DNA of 64,000 nt from a virus: the IMG/VR virus record IMGVR_UViG_3300036770_002724, positions 32,001-96,000 of that record; one strand, written 5' to 3'. Below are positions 45,398 to 54,123 of this stretch, in pieces. Under the pieces are notes generated by a model. It searched no databases, was not told the origin of the DNA, and saw only the letters and a list, made by a program, of their open reading frames with translations. Both the position numbers and the translations under genes were made by a program. The stretch's first letter is position 1. Each line of letters opens with the position of its first letter.

Positions 45398-46065
45398 AGG
45401 ACAAGCACATTCGGGTTCGGATTGAGCAGTGCCTTCTGCTGGCCAAGGCGTCGAATTGCCCTCGCAGGTCTTTCGGTGCCCTTCTGCTCGACCCCGAGCG
45501 TAACGTCGTTCTCGCGGACGGCTACAACGGTGCTCCCCGTGGAGGAGGGTCTCTCTGCGGGGGGCACCGTTGTCTTCGCGACGGGCTCGCTCCCGATCAG
45601 GTCGAGATCCGTTCTTTCGGAGACCAATGCGCCGTCCACATTCGTTCGGGACAATCTTGGGAGTCTGCCCTCTATCCAGACGGGCGGGTCTTGGGGTCTC
45701 CCGATCAAGCAGATGCCTTGAAGGCCCGGCTCCTCAAAGAAAACCTCCCCGTCGCTTCGGGGACGCGCGTCGAGATCGGGTGCGTCCACGCCGAAATGAA
45801 CGTCATCTGTAACGCGGCGGCGGGCGGGGTAAAGTCAGCAGGGGCTTGGTTGATCGTGACCGGCGAGCCCTGCCTCCAATGCGCCAAGCTCGTCCATCAC
45901 GCGGGAATCGTCCACGTCATCGTGGTCGCGGGCGGGTACGCCGGGGCGAATGGACTGGAGTATCTGCGGGAGCACAAGGTTCGAGTGACCGAGGTGGACG
46001 GTCCGCAGGATCCCCGGCTTGGGAAGGCGGTTCAGTCTGGTATGTGTACGTCCTCCAGTCTTTAG
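45394..46065 (+). CDS. dCMP deaminase family protein
   Basis: SNCPRRSFGA, GYNGAP, CVHAEMN, TGEPCLQCAK (HxE...PCxxC). Confidence 0.9.
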   Translation: MKDKHIRVRIEQCLLLAKASNCPRRSFGALLLDPERNVVLADGYNGAPRGGGSLCGGHRCLRDGLAPDQVEIRSFGDQCAVHIRSGQSWESALYPDGRVLGSPDQADALKARLLKENLPVASGTRVEIGCVHAEMNVICNAAAGGVKSAGAWLIVTGEPCLQCAKLVHHAGIVHVIVVAGGYAGANGLEYLREHKVRVTEVDGPQDPRLGKAVQSGMCTSSSL

Positions 46066-46382
46066 AGCCTCGACCCCGAGGACTCCCTGGCTTCCACTAC
46101 GTCGGCTGTACCACAGATCCCGTCCGGCGACTTCGCCAGCACAACGGTGAGATCGTCGGCGGAGCCAAGTACACGTCAAAGCATCGCCCGTGGGTCGCCC
46201 GTGCATTGTACGGTCCCTATTCCGGAAAGGTCTCTGCCATGAAGGCGGAGTACGCCCTGAAGCATGGGAAGCGGGGGACGGCCCGTACTCGATGGTCCCC
46301 CGAGGATTCGATCTGGTGTCGCGGGGCGGGACCGGATCATCCTTGGGTAAGCGACCCGACGAAAGACCCTTCCTGGGACTGA
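46044..46382 (+). CDS. GIY-YIG nuclease, SLX1/UPF0213-like
   Basis: YVYVLQS..YVGCTTDPVRRLRQHNG..GGAKYT..RPW..AMKAEYALK; start uncertain (GTG 46044 inside the deaminase 3' end). Confidence 0.75.
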   Translation: MYVLQSLEPRPRGLPGFHYVGCTTDPVRRLRQHNGEIVGGAKYTSKHRPWVARALYGPYSGKVSAMKAEYALKHGKRGTARTRWSPEDSIWCRGAGPDHPWVSDPTKDPSWD

Positions 46383-46425
46383 GCCTAGTCCTCCTATAGT
46401 CCGTCTCCTTTCGAGGGAGATCGCG

Positions 46426-46713
46426 ATGCCCGAATCTGCACCGAGGCGGGGGAACGAAGTTACCGTCACGCTGAACTGGGTTGAGATCCTGTTCAAAGTT
46501 CTTGCGGCTTCCGTCTTACCGCTCCTCTTGTGGGGGGTTCGGCTGGAGTCCAAGCAGACGACGCAGGAACTGAAGATCCAGCAGATAACGGAGGAGGTGG
46601 CGGCGACCCGGGGTCACGCCACGGCGCTCGTTCGACTGGAGGAGCAGGTCAAGTCCGCGAACGAAAAGCTGGTCGAGATCAAGGTTCTTCTGAACAAGAG
46701 GCCCGTGGAGTGA
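46426..46713 (+). CDS. Single-TM coiled-coil protein (holin- or spanin-like candidate)
   Basis: WVEILFKVLAASVLPLLLWGV followed by heptad-rich tail. Confidence 0.5.
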   Translation: MPESAPRRGNEVTVTLNWVEILFKVLAASVLPLLLWGVRLESKQTTQELKIQQITEEVAATRGHATALVRLEEQVKSANEKLVEIKVLLNKRPVE

Positions 46714-47075
46714 TGAAGGATTTACGGAAGCCGCTTTTCCTAGCGGTCATTTTCACGACGATCTTTGTTTCCGTGCTATTCGTGAGCTTTCCCTCGCCGC
46801 TCCCTTCCGAAGAGGTTACGGTCATACGGCTACCTCTCCCGAAGTCGGAGACGAGTACCTTGACGCTAGGGACCGCGACGACGGCGATCAGTCGGATCGA
46901 GAGGGACCTGTCGGCTATCCAGAAGACCCTCGAAGATCGAAGGGCGAAAGAAATCGAAGGTTACGCACGAAGAAACGGCTGGGACAAAAAGCTCCCCACC
47001 AAGGTCAAAGACCCGATCCTCTACGACGAGTGGAAAGACCTTCGGGCCAAGGGAAAGGTCTATGGGACTCCCTAG
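46713..47075 (+). CDS. Single-TM coiled-coil membrane protein
   Basis: TGATG coupling; LFLAVIFTTIFVSVLFVSF. Confidence 0.55.
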   Translation: MKDLRKPLFLAVIFTTIFVSVLFVSFPSPLPSEEVTVIRLPLPKSETSTLTLGTATTAISRIERDLSAIQKTLEDRRAKEIEGYARRNGWDKKLPTKVKDPILYDEWKDLRAKGKVYGTP

Positions 47076-47256
47076 AATCTACGAATACAAGGCCGAGGAC
47101 GGAACGACCTACTGGACGTTCAAGCTCATCCAAGGGAAGATCACCCCTCCTACGAGGCTAGAAGTCCAGAGCCGTCTAGGCATACACCTGATCAACTTTC
47201 TTGTCTGGCTTCGGGCCGAGGGTCGCCGTCGGTCTGAGGGTAACATCCCGGAATGA
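47062..47256 (+). CDS. Hypothetical protein (64 aa)
   Basis: Overlaps neighbours on both sides as in a coupled operon. Confidence 0.5.
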   Translation: MGLPRIYEYKAEDGTTYWTFKLIQGKITPPTRLEVQSRLGIHLINFLVWLRAEGRRRSEGNIPE

Positions 47257-47585
47257 ACGACACCGAGATCCCCACTCCTGTTGAAACTTCGTCCGAGGCT
47301 TCGAGCGATCCTCGCATCAAGGGTTACCTGAGCCCTCAAAAGCTGAAAGCCATGCAGGCACTCCGGCAATCTGGGCGTGACCTCGTGACTGAAATCGGGA
47401 TGCTGGAGGTCCGCAAGACTCGGCTCATGTCGAATCTCGCTCAGATCGAGGCTCAGGGAGAGGCTCTTGTGACTGAAGAAGCTCGAAAGGTGGGTGTTCC
47501 CGAGGGTGCTGCTTTTTCGGTGACGCCCGAGGGTGCGATTCTCGTGAACGGACCCGTTGCAGTACCTGCCCCCGACGGGGGTTGA
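47253..47585 (+). CDS. Hypothetical coiled-coil protein (110 aa)
   Basis: ATGA overlap with previous stop. Confidence 0.6.
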   Translation: MNDTEIPTPVETSSEASSDPRIKGYLSPQKLKAMQALRQSGRDLVTEIGMLEVRKTRLMSNLAQIEAQGEALVTEEARKVGVPEGAAFSVTPEGAILVNGPVAVPAPDGG

Positions 47586-47603
47586 GAACACCAGGAGGGG
47601 GCC

Positions 47604-49097
47604 ATGCCCGAGGGATGGGATCCGACATCAACCGACCGACCGTTGCCTCCGCAGAACGGTCAGGCGGTCAGTCCTTTCATCACGGGCATCTTGGACATCC
47701 GCTGGGATGACCCCGCCCTTCTCGCGGGAAACAGCATCTACACGGTCGTAGGCGTCAACGTCTATCGCTCTGACGCCTCCGACCGTGGACCCTACTTTCG
47801 GCTCAACGCCCTTCCCGTCGGCGGCGGGTTCTACCGCGACCTCACCGACATGGTTCCGGTTCACCGGGAGGTCATCCCCTGGGATACCGGCTGGATCTTC
47901 CGAGGTGACGCCCCTAACCTTCGGCGGTGGACTCTGCGGACCTCGCAGCCTATCGTGAAGGCGGTCTTTCAACCGCCCTACAGCCGGGCGACGCCTGCGA
48001 ACTCGCCTTCTGACGTTACCGTTTACATCAACGGCATCCTCGTTCCGGTCGAGTCGGTTTTCGGTCCCACGGGAGAAGTGACCCTCGTCAATCTGGGGGA
48101 CATCGACGTTGCTCGCCAGAAGATCGACAACCCGGTTTTGCCGACGGAGACGTCCACGGTCGAGGTTTCTTACTTCGCCGCCCAGAACATCGTTCGGTCG
48201 GGCCTCGAACTCCACAGCTACTACCGGCTGACGACGGTCGTGATCGATCCGACGACTCCTTCCGGATACCGGGAGTCGGGTCTAGGCTACTGTCCGCCGA
48301 TCATCAGCAAGCAAACGGAAGCCCTCGATTACATCTGGCGCGAGGCGGTTCGTCGGAACCAGTGGATCGTTCAGCAGGGCGGGGAGCGGGCCAAGATTTT
48401 CATTCGCAGAACCGCTGGGATCCCTTGTACGCACGGCATGGATCCCCGGACCATTGAGTTTGGGGGTCAGCCTTCGATTCGGTGTCAGATTTGCTTCGGC
48501 ACGGGTTTCGTCGGGGGCTATGACGGGCCTTTCGACGTTCTTATCGCGCCGGATGACGCCGAGCGGAAGATCACCCAGACGATGACGGGTCGGCGCAGGG
48601 AGCACACGCAGGACGTCTGGATAGGGCCGAGCCCCGTCGTCACGATGAGGGACTTCATCGTGAAGCAAACGAACGAGCGGTACTCCATTGGGCCTGTCAG
48701 GAGGCCCACCAATCGAGGCGTCTACCTTCAGCAGCACTTTATGATCGGCTCTCTGGACGAGGCGGACATCCGTTACGCGGTCCCCATCGACGGAGTCGAG
48801 AAGTACGCCTGGCCCCAGAACCGCTGGTCTATCGTCCAGACGCCGACCTCTTTCGTGGACGGCTACCCGCCGACCCCCCAGCAGCGCCAGATCAACGGTC
48901 TCACGCCGACTGCCGATCCGTGGCCCCTTGGACCTACGGCAGAGGCTCCGATGGGAACCTCGAACGGTTCCTCTCCGCCCGAGCTTGAGCAGAGAGGCCG
49001 AACGACGGTCTGGTCCAACATTTCTCGCGCTTTCTGGCCTATACTTCTGCTTCCTAGTATGTGGGAGACATTCTGTGCAGTATCTTGGCCCCTGTGA
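47604..49097 (+). CDS. Putative neck / head-closure protein with Zn-binding CxxCxGxG motif
   Basis: Fn3-like N-terminus (DIRWDDP..VGVNVYRS), CQICFGTGFVGGY, MRDFIVKQTNERYSIGPV; positional context. Confidence 0.6.
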   Translation: MPEGWDPTSTDRPLPPQNGQAVSPFITGILDIRWDDPALLAGNSIYTVVGVNVYRSDASDRGPYFRLNALPVGGGFYRDLTDMVPVHREVIPWDTGWIFRGDAPNLRRWTLRTSQPIVKAVFQPPYSRATPANSPSDVTVYINGILVPVESVFGPTGEVTLVNLGDIDVARQKIDNPVLPTETSTVEVSYFAAQNIVRSGLELHSYYRLTTVVIDPTTPSGYRESGLGYCPPIISKQTEALDYIWREAVRRNQWIVQQGGERAKIFIRRTAGIPCTHGMDPRTIEFGGQPSIRCQICFGTGFVGGYDGPFDVLIAPDDAERKITQTMTGRRREHTQDVWIGPSPVVTMRDFIVKQTNERYSIGPVRRPTNRGVYLQQHFMIGSLDEADIRYAVPIDGVEKYAWPQNRWSIVQTPTSFVDGYPPTPQQRQINGLTPTADPWPLGPTAEAPMGTSNGSSPPELEQRGRTTVWSNISRAFWPILLLPSMWETFCAVSWPL

Positions 49098-50106
49098 AGT
49101 TTGCGGGAAACTGAACCGAAACTATAGGGCACTGGCAGCACATCTTCGTCACACGTCCGATCAAGCACATCGGGATTTGCTCTTCAAATGGCATCATTGG
49201 CGTTCCGAGTACAGGGCTACTCTTCGTTGTCGAAAGTGTGGTCAGCTTTGGACCACGAAACACAAAGCTGACCACGAAAACAAGCGGTGCCCAAGATGTG
49301 AGGAACTGAGGCGTGTTCTTGGGAAACGTCGATATGAACAGCTAAAGTTTGATATGGTCTCCGACACCCGCCATGTGATGACTGATTCTGGAACGAAGGC
49401 GGGTTGGGACGGGCTGGAAAAACGACATACCGTTTGGGTTATGGGGGATGACCTAACTTGGAAGGTTTTCGAGGCTTTTGAGGAGGGGCTTCCAGTCAAT
49501 AAGGTAATTCATAGCCTGGGCATTACATATCAGGTCTATGCTGACATTTTGATGGCTATTTTAGGTGCGGACGTGTATCAAGCCGCCCACAAAAGACGTA
49601 AGAGATTGGTGGGGTCGGTAAACGTGCAGCGCGCCCATGCTAAGTGGGCTTCCATGTCCTCAGACGACAAGGCTGCGTATTATCAGAAGCATTTCGGTAA
49701 AGGTTCAGCCTTAGAGGCAGGTTTTGCTGGTGCTTTACGTCGTTCTGGGATTACCGATCTATTGCTGAACGTGTGGCAATCTTTGAGTGTGGGGGGTCGT
49801 GTGTGTCCCCGTGAAGCGGACATCAAGATTTCCCTCGAAGACGGTCGAAAAGCGGTCATATTGTGTGACGGTGAGGCTTTTCACGGCCCCAGATTCATTT
49901 ACGGGTCACCAACTGCCCGCATCGCAGAAGACGTTGCAACCGCAGAGGCTTACTTCGATGTAGGCTATTCTGTGTTTCGATATTCAGAAACGGAGATAAA
50001 GTCTGGTTGGGCTTTAGATCATCTATTGGGTGCTCTAATAAGGCTTAGGTCAGGTACGTCGAAGATTTACCGCACTTGGTGTCCTTCGGAAGAACGGGCT
50101 TCTTAG
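49075..50106 (+). CDS. Free-standing homing endonuclease-like protein (Zn fingers + Vsr-like nuclease)
   Basis: GTG 49075 with SD GGGAGA; CEVC..H, CRKC..CPRC; READI..VILCDGEAFHG..D...YSVFRYSETE; lower GC. Confidence 0.7.
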   Translation: MQYLGPCEVCGKLNRNYRALAAHLRHTSDQAHRDLLFKWHHWRSEYRATLRCRKCGQLWTTKHKADHENKRCPRCEELRRVLGKRRYEQLKFDMVSDTRHVMTDSGTKAGWDGLEKRHTVWVMGDDLTWKVFEAFEEGLPVNKVIHSLGITYQVYADILMAILGADVYQAAHKRRKRLVGSVNVQRAHAKWASMSSDDKAAYYQKHFGKGSALEAGFAGALRRSGITDLLLNVWQSLSVGGRVCPREADIKISLEDGRKAVILCDGEAFHGPRFIYGSPTARIAEDVATAEAYFDVGYSVFRYSETEIKSGWALDHLLGALIRLRSGTSKIYRTWCPSEERAS

Positions 50107-50108
50107 TT

Positions 50109-50714
50109 ATGGCGAAGATCCAGATGCGGAGGGTTCGAGGGAAGCCTTGGTCCAAGACCAAGGAGATTCCCTTGACCCCTTCGACGTTGCGGCGTCTCGG
50201 TTATGCCATCGTCAAAGAGTTGAAACGGGAAGCAGCCAAGGACTTCGCCAAACGGGGGTGGTCAGGCGAGGATCCGATGGGAGGCAAGCCGATCTGGGAG
50301 TCCTTCCACTTCAGCGTGAGGGGTCAAGATGTGATCGTTTACTCGACCTTCTATGGGATGAAGGAACTTGCGAAGGGGGACATCCCGGCTCGGAAGATGA
50401 CATGGCTCACGCAGAAGGCCAAAGAGGAGCACCCCTCCCAGTATGCACTCACCGACCGCGAAAAAGAACTCGGTATGAGGGTCACGGGCAAGCCGAGCAA
50501 AGGTGAGCGTCTGCCTCTGATCGTTCCGGTGGAGTCGAACGGGTCCGTTGTTTTTCGGGTCGCGCCGCTTCGTTTCGCAGATGCTTGGGTCCATCCTGGG
50601 ATTGCCAAGTTCACGTTCTTTGGGCGGGCGATACGAAAGGGTCGGGAAGCCTGCATGGAGATCATCGCGGAGGAGATCGCGAAAGCCCTTGCCGAAGGGG
50701 ATCCGACCCGATGA
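50109..50714 (+). CDS. Putative tail-completion / neck protein
   Basis: Basic N-terminus, WVHPGIAKFTFFGRAI C-terminal pattern of virion morphogenesis proteins. Confidence 0.5.
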   Translation: MAKIQMRRVRGKPWSKTKEIPLTPSTLRRLGYAIVKELKREAAKDFAKRGWSGEDPMGGKPIWESFHFSVRGQDVIVYSTFYGMKELAKGDIPARKMTWLTQKAKEEHPSQYALTDREKELGMRVTGKPSKGERLPLIVPVESNGSVVFRVAPLRFADAWVHPGIAKFTFFGRAIRKGREACMEIIAEEIAKALAEGDPTR

Positions 50715-51313
50715 GAGAAGCGGAGATCACCTGCTTGTGTTCGCCTGGGGTCCAGATTGCGGACCTGGGACTCTCTTTGAAACGTGGGGATGTCATTTAC
50801 CTCTCCGAAGACAAGATCCGTCGGTCGCAGCACTTGGAGACGGTTCGGCGCGCGAACGGGGTGTCCGTCCGATGGGTCGAACGCTGTCGAGAAAAGCGCG
50901 AACCTAAGATCGAAGCTCCCTTCATGGCTCCTGTCTCATCATCCCCTTCGCCTGTTCTGGGGGTTCCCCTTGCACCCATTCCGGAGACTTCCTCTGGGTT
51001 GCCCTTGGATATGGTCGAACTGGAAGCCCTCCTCAAGCGGGTCGTCAGTCCTTTGATCGAACAGGTGTCCGCCTTGCGGCAAGAGATCGCCCAGCGACCT
51101 TCCGTGGTCATGGCCCGTGAGGCGGTTCCTGTTTCTTCACGACCCTCGATTCCCGGGTCGGGTACGGTGGCTTCTGAAGCCCCTTTGTTCATCCCTAGCG
51201 ATCTGGTGAATTCGGGGCTCAAAGCGGACATCGCCTTCGTCGAGAAGGAGCAGTCGGTAGGGGGGCTGGACTCTGCTACTGAGGCTCTGAAGGCGCTCAA
51301 GAAAAAACGGTGA
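50711..51313 (+). CDS. Hypothetical protein
   Basis: ATGA overlap at 50711; Pro-rich centre. Confidence 0.6.
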   Translation: MREAEITCLCSPGVQIADLGLSLKRGDVIYLSEDKIRRSQHLETVRRANGVSVRWVERCREKREPKIEAPFMAPVSSSPSPVLGVPLAPIPETSSGLPLDMVELEALLKRVVSPLIEQVSALRQEIAQRPSVVMAREAVPVSSRPSIPGSGTVASEAPLFIPSDLVNSGLKADIAFVEKEQSVGGLDSATEALKALKKKR

Positions 51314-51317
51314 AATC

Positions 51318-52325
51318 ATGTCGGAGAAGATCATCAAGGGGCGCGGCCTCGACATCGGGACGATGAACATCGTAGCGGCTCGTCGGACTTCCAAGGGGGT
51401 CACGACGTCCCGTATGCGGGACGTGTTCCTCGACCTCCCGGCAAGCGCCAAGAAGATGCTCCGTCTCGCGAAGACGAGCTTCGTGGAGCGGGGAGACGAG
51501 GTCTATATCCTGGGGGATGCCGCTCTGGAGACGGCCAACATCTTTGGTCGCGAGCCCCGTCGCCCGCTCTCCGCCGGTCTGGTTTCGGCAGGGGAGACTG
51601 AGGCTCTCGAAGTCCTCGCTCTCCTCATCAAGCACGTCTTGGGCGAGCCTTCGTCGCCGGGAGAGGCTTGCTACTTCTCGGTCCCGGCGGCGCCTATCGA
51701 TCAGCCGGATCGGGACATCGTTTACCATCGAGGGGTCTTTGACCGCATCGTTCGGGACTGCGGTTATCGCCCTGTCGCCTCGAACGAGGCTATGGGGATC
51801 ATCTTCAGCGAGTGCGCCGAAGACGGTTTCTCTGGAGTGGCGCTCTCCTTCGGAAGCGGGATGACGAACTGTGCCCTCGCGATCAACACCATCGAAGGTC
51901 TTTCCTTCAGCGTCGCGAGGGGCGGCGATTGGATCGACGCCGGAGCGGCCAACTCGGTCGGTTCGACCAAGGCCCGTATTTGTGCGATCAAGGAAGCGGG
52001 GGTGGACCTCAACGCCCCCAAGGGTCGAGATCAGGAGGCTATCGCCTTCTACTACAAGAACTTGATTGAGTACGCGCTCGACCAGATCGCGCTCCGCTTC
52101 AAGGCCATGCAAGGCCAGTTTGCCCTCCCTCGGCCTATCCCGATGGTCATCTCAGGGGGAACGAGCATGGCGGGCGGGTTCATGGAGTTCTTCACCAAGG
52201 TTTTTGAGGAGAAGCAAAAGCGGTTTCCGATCCAGGTGTCGGACATCCGGGCTGCCAAGGATCCGCTGAACGCTGTGGCTTATGGGATGCTTGTTCAGGC
52301 CATGCAAGATGACGATGATGCCTGA
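51318..52325 (+). CDS. Actin-fold (MreB/FtsA/Hsp70-like) ATPase
   Basis: Phosphate 1 GLDIGTMN, connect 1 SNEAMG, phosphate 2 LSFGSGMT, ARGGDWID, adenosine VISGGTS, connect 2 NAVAYG. Confidence 0.85.
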   Translation: MSEKIIKGRGLDIGTMNIVAARRTSKGVTTSRMRDVFLDLPASAKKMLRLAKTSFVERGDEVYILGDAALETANIFGREPRRPLSAGLVSAGETEALEVLALLIKHVLGEPSSPGEACYFSVPAAPIDQPDRDIVYHRGVFDRIVRDCGYRPVASNEAMGIIFSECAEDGFSGVALSFGSGMTNCALAINTIEGLSFSVARGGDWIDAGAANSVGSTKARICAIKEAGVDLNAPKGRDQEAIAFYYKNLIEYALDQIALRFKAMQGQFALPRPIPMVISGGTSMAGGFMEFFTKVFEEKQKRFPIQVSDIRAAKDPLNAVAYGMLVQAMQDDDDA

Positions 52326-52342
52326 ACGGCGGAGGCGTTGAC

Positions 52343-53557
52343 GTGTACTACCAGCTTTCGGCGGCGCTCAAGAACCGTTTTGTCATGGAGCTACGCCGGT
52401 TCTGGGCGACGCATCCGAAGTACCGAGACCTTGTGGACCGAATCCAGGGCAAGTACAGCTTTCGTGAGCGCCCTCAGTTCGGGATCATCGTCAAGACCTC
52501 GGGGGCCAACAAGATCGATCTCGCCGCCGATAACTACGTCGGTGTCGTCCAGAGCTACACCTATCTGACGCGGGTCAAGAACTCTCCCGGTCTAGCTATC
52601 GAGTGGGTTCGCGAAGACTCCCTGGCGATCCAGCGGAACGATGGGATGTTTCCTTCTCCACCTGGGGTCTACTACATCGAGATCGTGGAGGGTCCGAGAA
52701 CCGCGACCGGGCTGGAGACTCTTCAGTTCTACGTCGACCCCCTCTTGGACGTGAACCACGAACAGGTGATGCAGATCGACGAGACGACGGCGCAGCTTGC
52801 TCACCCTCCATTGGACGGGACGCTGCGGCTGTACGAGTCGCCCTCCGGCTATATGCTTCAAGAGGGCATTGAGTACGTCGTAGACTCCACGGGCCTCATC
52901 ACGATGACTCGTCCGGTGAACCGGGGTCGGTCCTTGGTTGCAGACTACAGGTATCCCATCGACACCCGGGGGCCTTTTCCTTATCACGAGAACACGGCGA
53001 ACAACTCGGCCATCCCAGGGGTGGTCATGGCTTTTGGGCGCCGGGGGGAAAAGGGGGACAAGCTCGCGGTGGTCGTTCACCCGATCCGTATGCCAGCAGC
53101 TTTGGAGTACGGGGGACGCTGGGACGTCAGCCTGGAGTTCGAGGTCATCGCCCGTGATGTCTATGCCCAGCAGGAGATCACCGATCTTTCGGTCATGTTC
53201 ATGCTAGGCGTCCTTCGCACGGCCCTCACCAAAGAAGGCATCGAGATTACCGAGCTTTCGATGGGAGGGGAGAGCGAGGAAGTCTACGACGAGACGGGAG
53301 ACGACTATTTCTACAACGCGACCTTCTCTGCGACCGTCCAGACTGACTGGTCGATCCACGTCCCCCTCGACCTGATGATTCGTGCCGTCACCCCTCTCAC
53401 GAATGAGGAAGCCAAGATCCAGGCGAACCTCCCTGAAGACGAGCAGGAGTCCATGAGTCAGGCGGGGAACATCAGAGTCCTTGAGGGGCTCGGTCTTGAG
53501 GGGCTCACGGATCCGTTTTTCCGGGACCGTACAGCGACCTTTGAGCTTATCCGCTAG
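52343..53557 (+). CDS. Putative tail terminator / sheath-capping protein
   Basis: 404 aa just upstream of sheath; C-terminal WDVSLEFEVIARD..QEITD..YFYNATFSATVQTDW pattern. Confidence 0.55.
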   Translation: MYYQLSAALKNRFVMELRRFWATHPKYRDLVDRIQGKYSFRERPQFGIIVKTSGANKIDLAADNYVGVVQSYTYLTRVKNSPGLAIEWVREDSLAIQRNDGMFPSPPGVYYIEIVEGPRTATGLETLQFYVDPLLDVNHEQVMQIDETTAQLAHPPLDGTLRLYESPSGYMLQEGIEYVVDSTGLITMTRPVNRGRSLVADYRYPIDTRGPFPYHENTANNSAIPGVVMAFGRRGEKGDKLAVVVHPIRMPAALEYGGRWDVSLEFEVIARDVYAQQEITDLSVMFMLGVLRTALTKEGIEITELSMGGESEEVYDETGDDYFYNATFSATVQTDWSIHVPLDLMIRAVTPLTNEEAKIQANLPEDEQESMSQAGNIRVLEGLGLEGLTDPFFRDRTATFELIR

Positions 53558-53566
53558 GGGGCCGTC

Positions 53567-54013
53567 ATGCCTGTGTACCGATGGCAGTGCTTTGAGTGCG
53601 GTCTTCAGTTCGACGCCTCGGCGTCGCTGTCTCAGCGTAACGACAAGAAACCCTGCCCGGACTGTCAGGCTCTCTCTGAGCGCATGGTCCCCGAAAGCGT
53701 CACCGGATTTTTCAACAAGTCCGTCACCGGGCCGGTCCCTCAGAACACGGGCATCTCTCAGCTTGATACCCACATTGATCGGGCCATCGGAACACACGCT
53801 CATCAAGGGTGGGAGGCACACCAGCAGCGCGAAGTGGACAAGCGCAAGACCTTTGCCCACCAAGGGGTTCATAGGGCTCCGCTTTCCAAGAATCCTGATG
53901 GCTCCTACCGGGTGATGTCTGCGAACGAAACCGAAGTCCAGAGACGCGCCCTCAACATTCACGATCTGGCGATGCAGAATCGCAAGGTCGCCAAGGGTCC
54001 GCCCTCTCGCTAA
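53567..54013 (+). CDS. FmdB-family zinc-ribbon protein (second copy)
   Basis: MPVYRWQCFECG...CPDC...ERM. Confidence 0.78.
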   Translation: MPVYRWQCFECGLQFDASASLSQRNDKKPCPDCQALSERMVPESVTGFFNKSVTGPVPQNTGISQLDTHIDRAIGTHAHQGWEAHQQREVDKRKTFAHQGVHRAPLSKNPDGSYRVMSANETEVQRRALNIHDLAMQNRKVAKGPPSR

Positions 54014-54123
54014 TCACCTTATCCGAAGCCCGTTTCAGAGAACCCTCAGTTCTTCCGGCCCCCGGGTCGGCCTGATGCACAACTCTCCTTGGGCTACGCT
54101 TCGGATACGAGAGGATAACCCCG

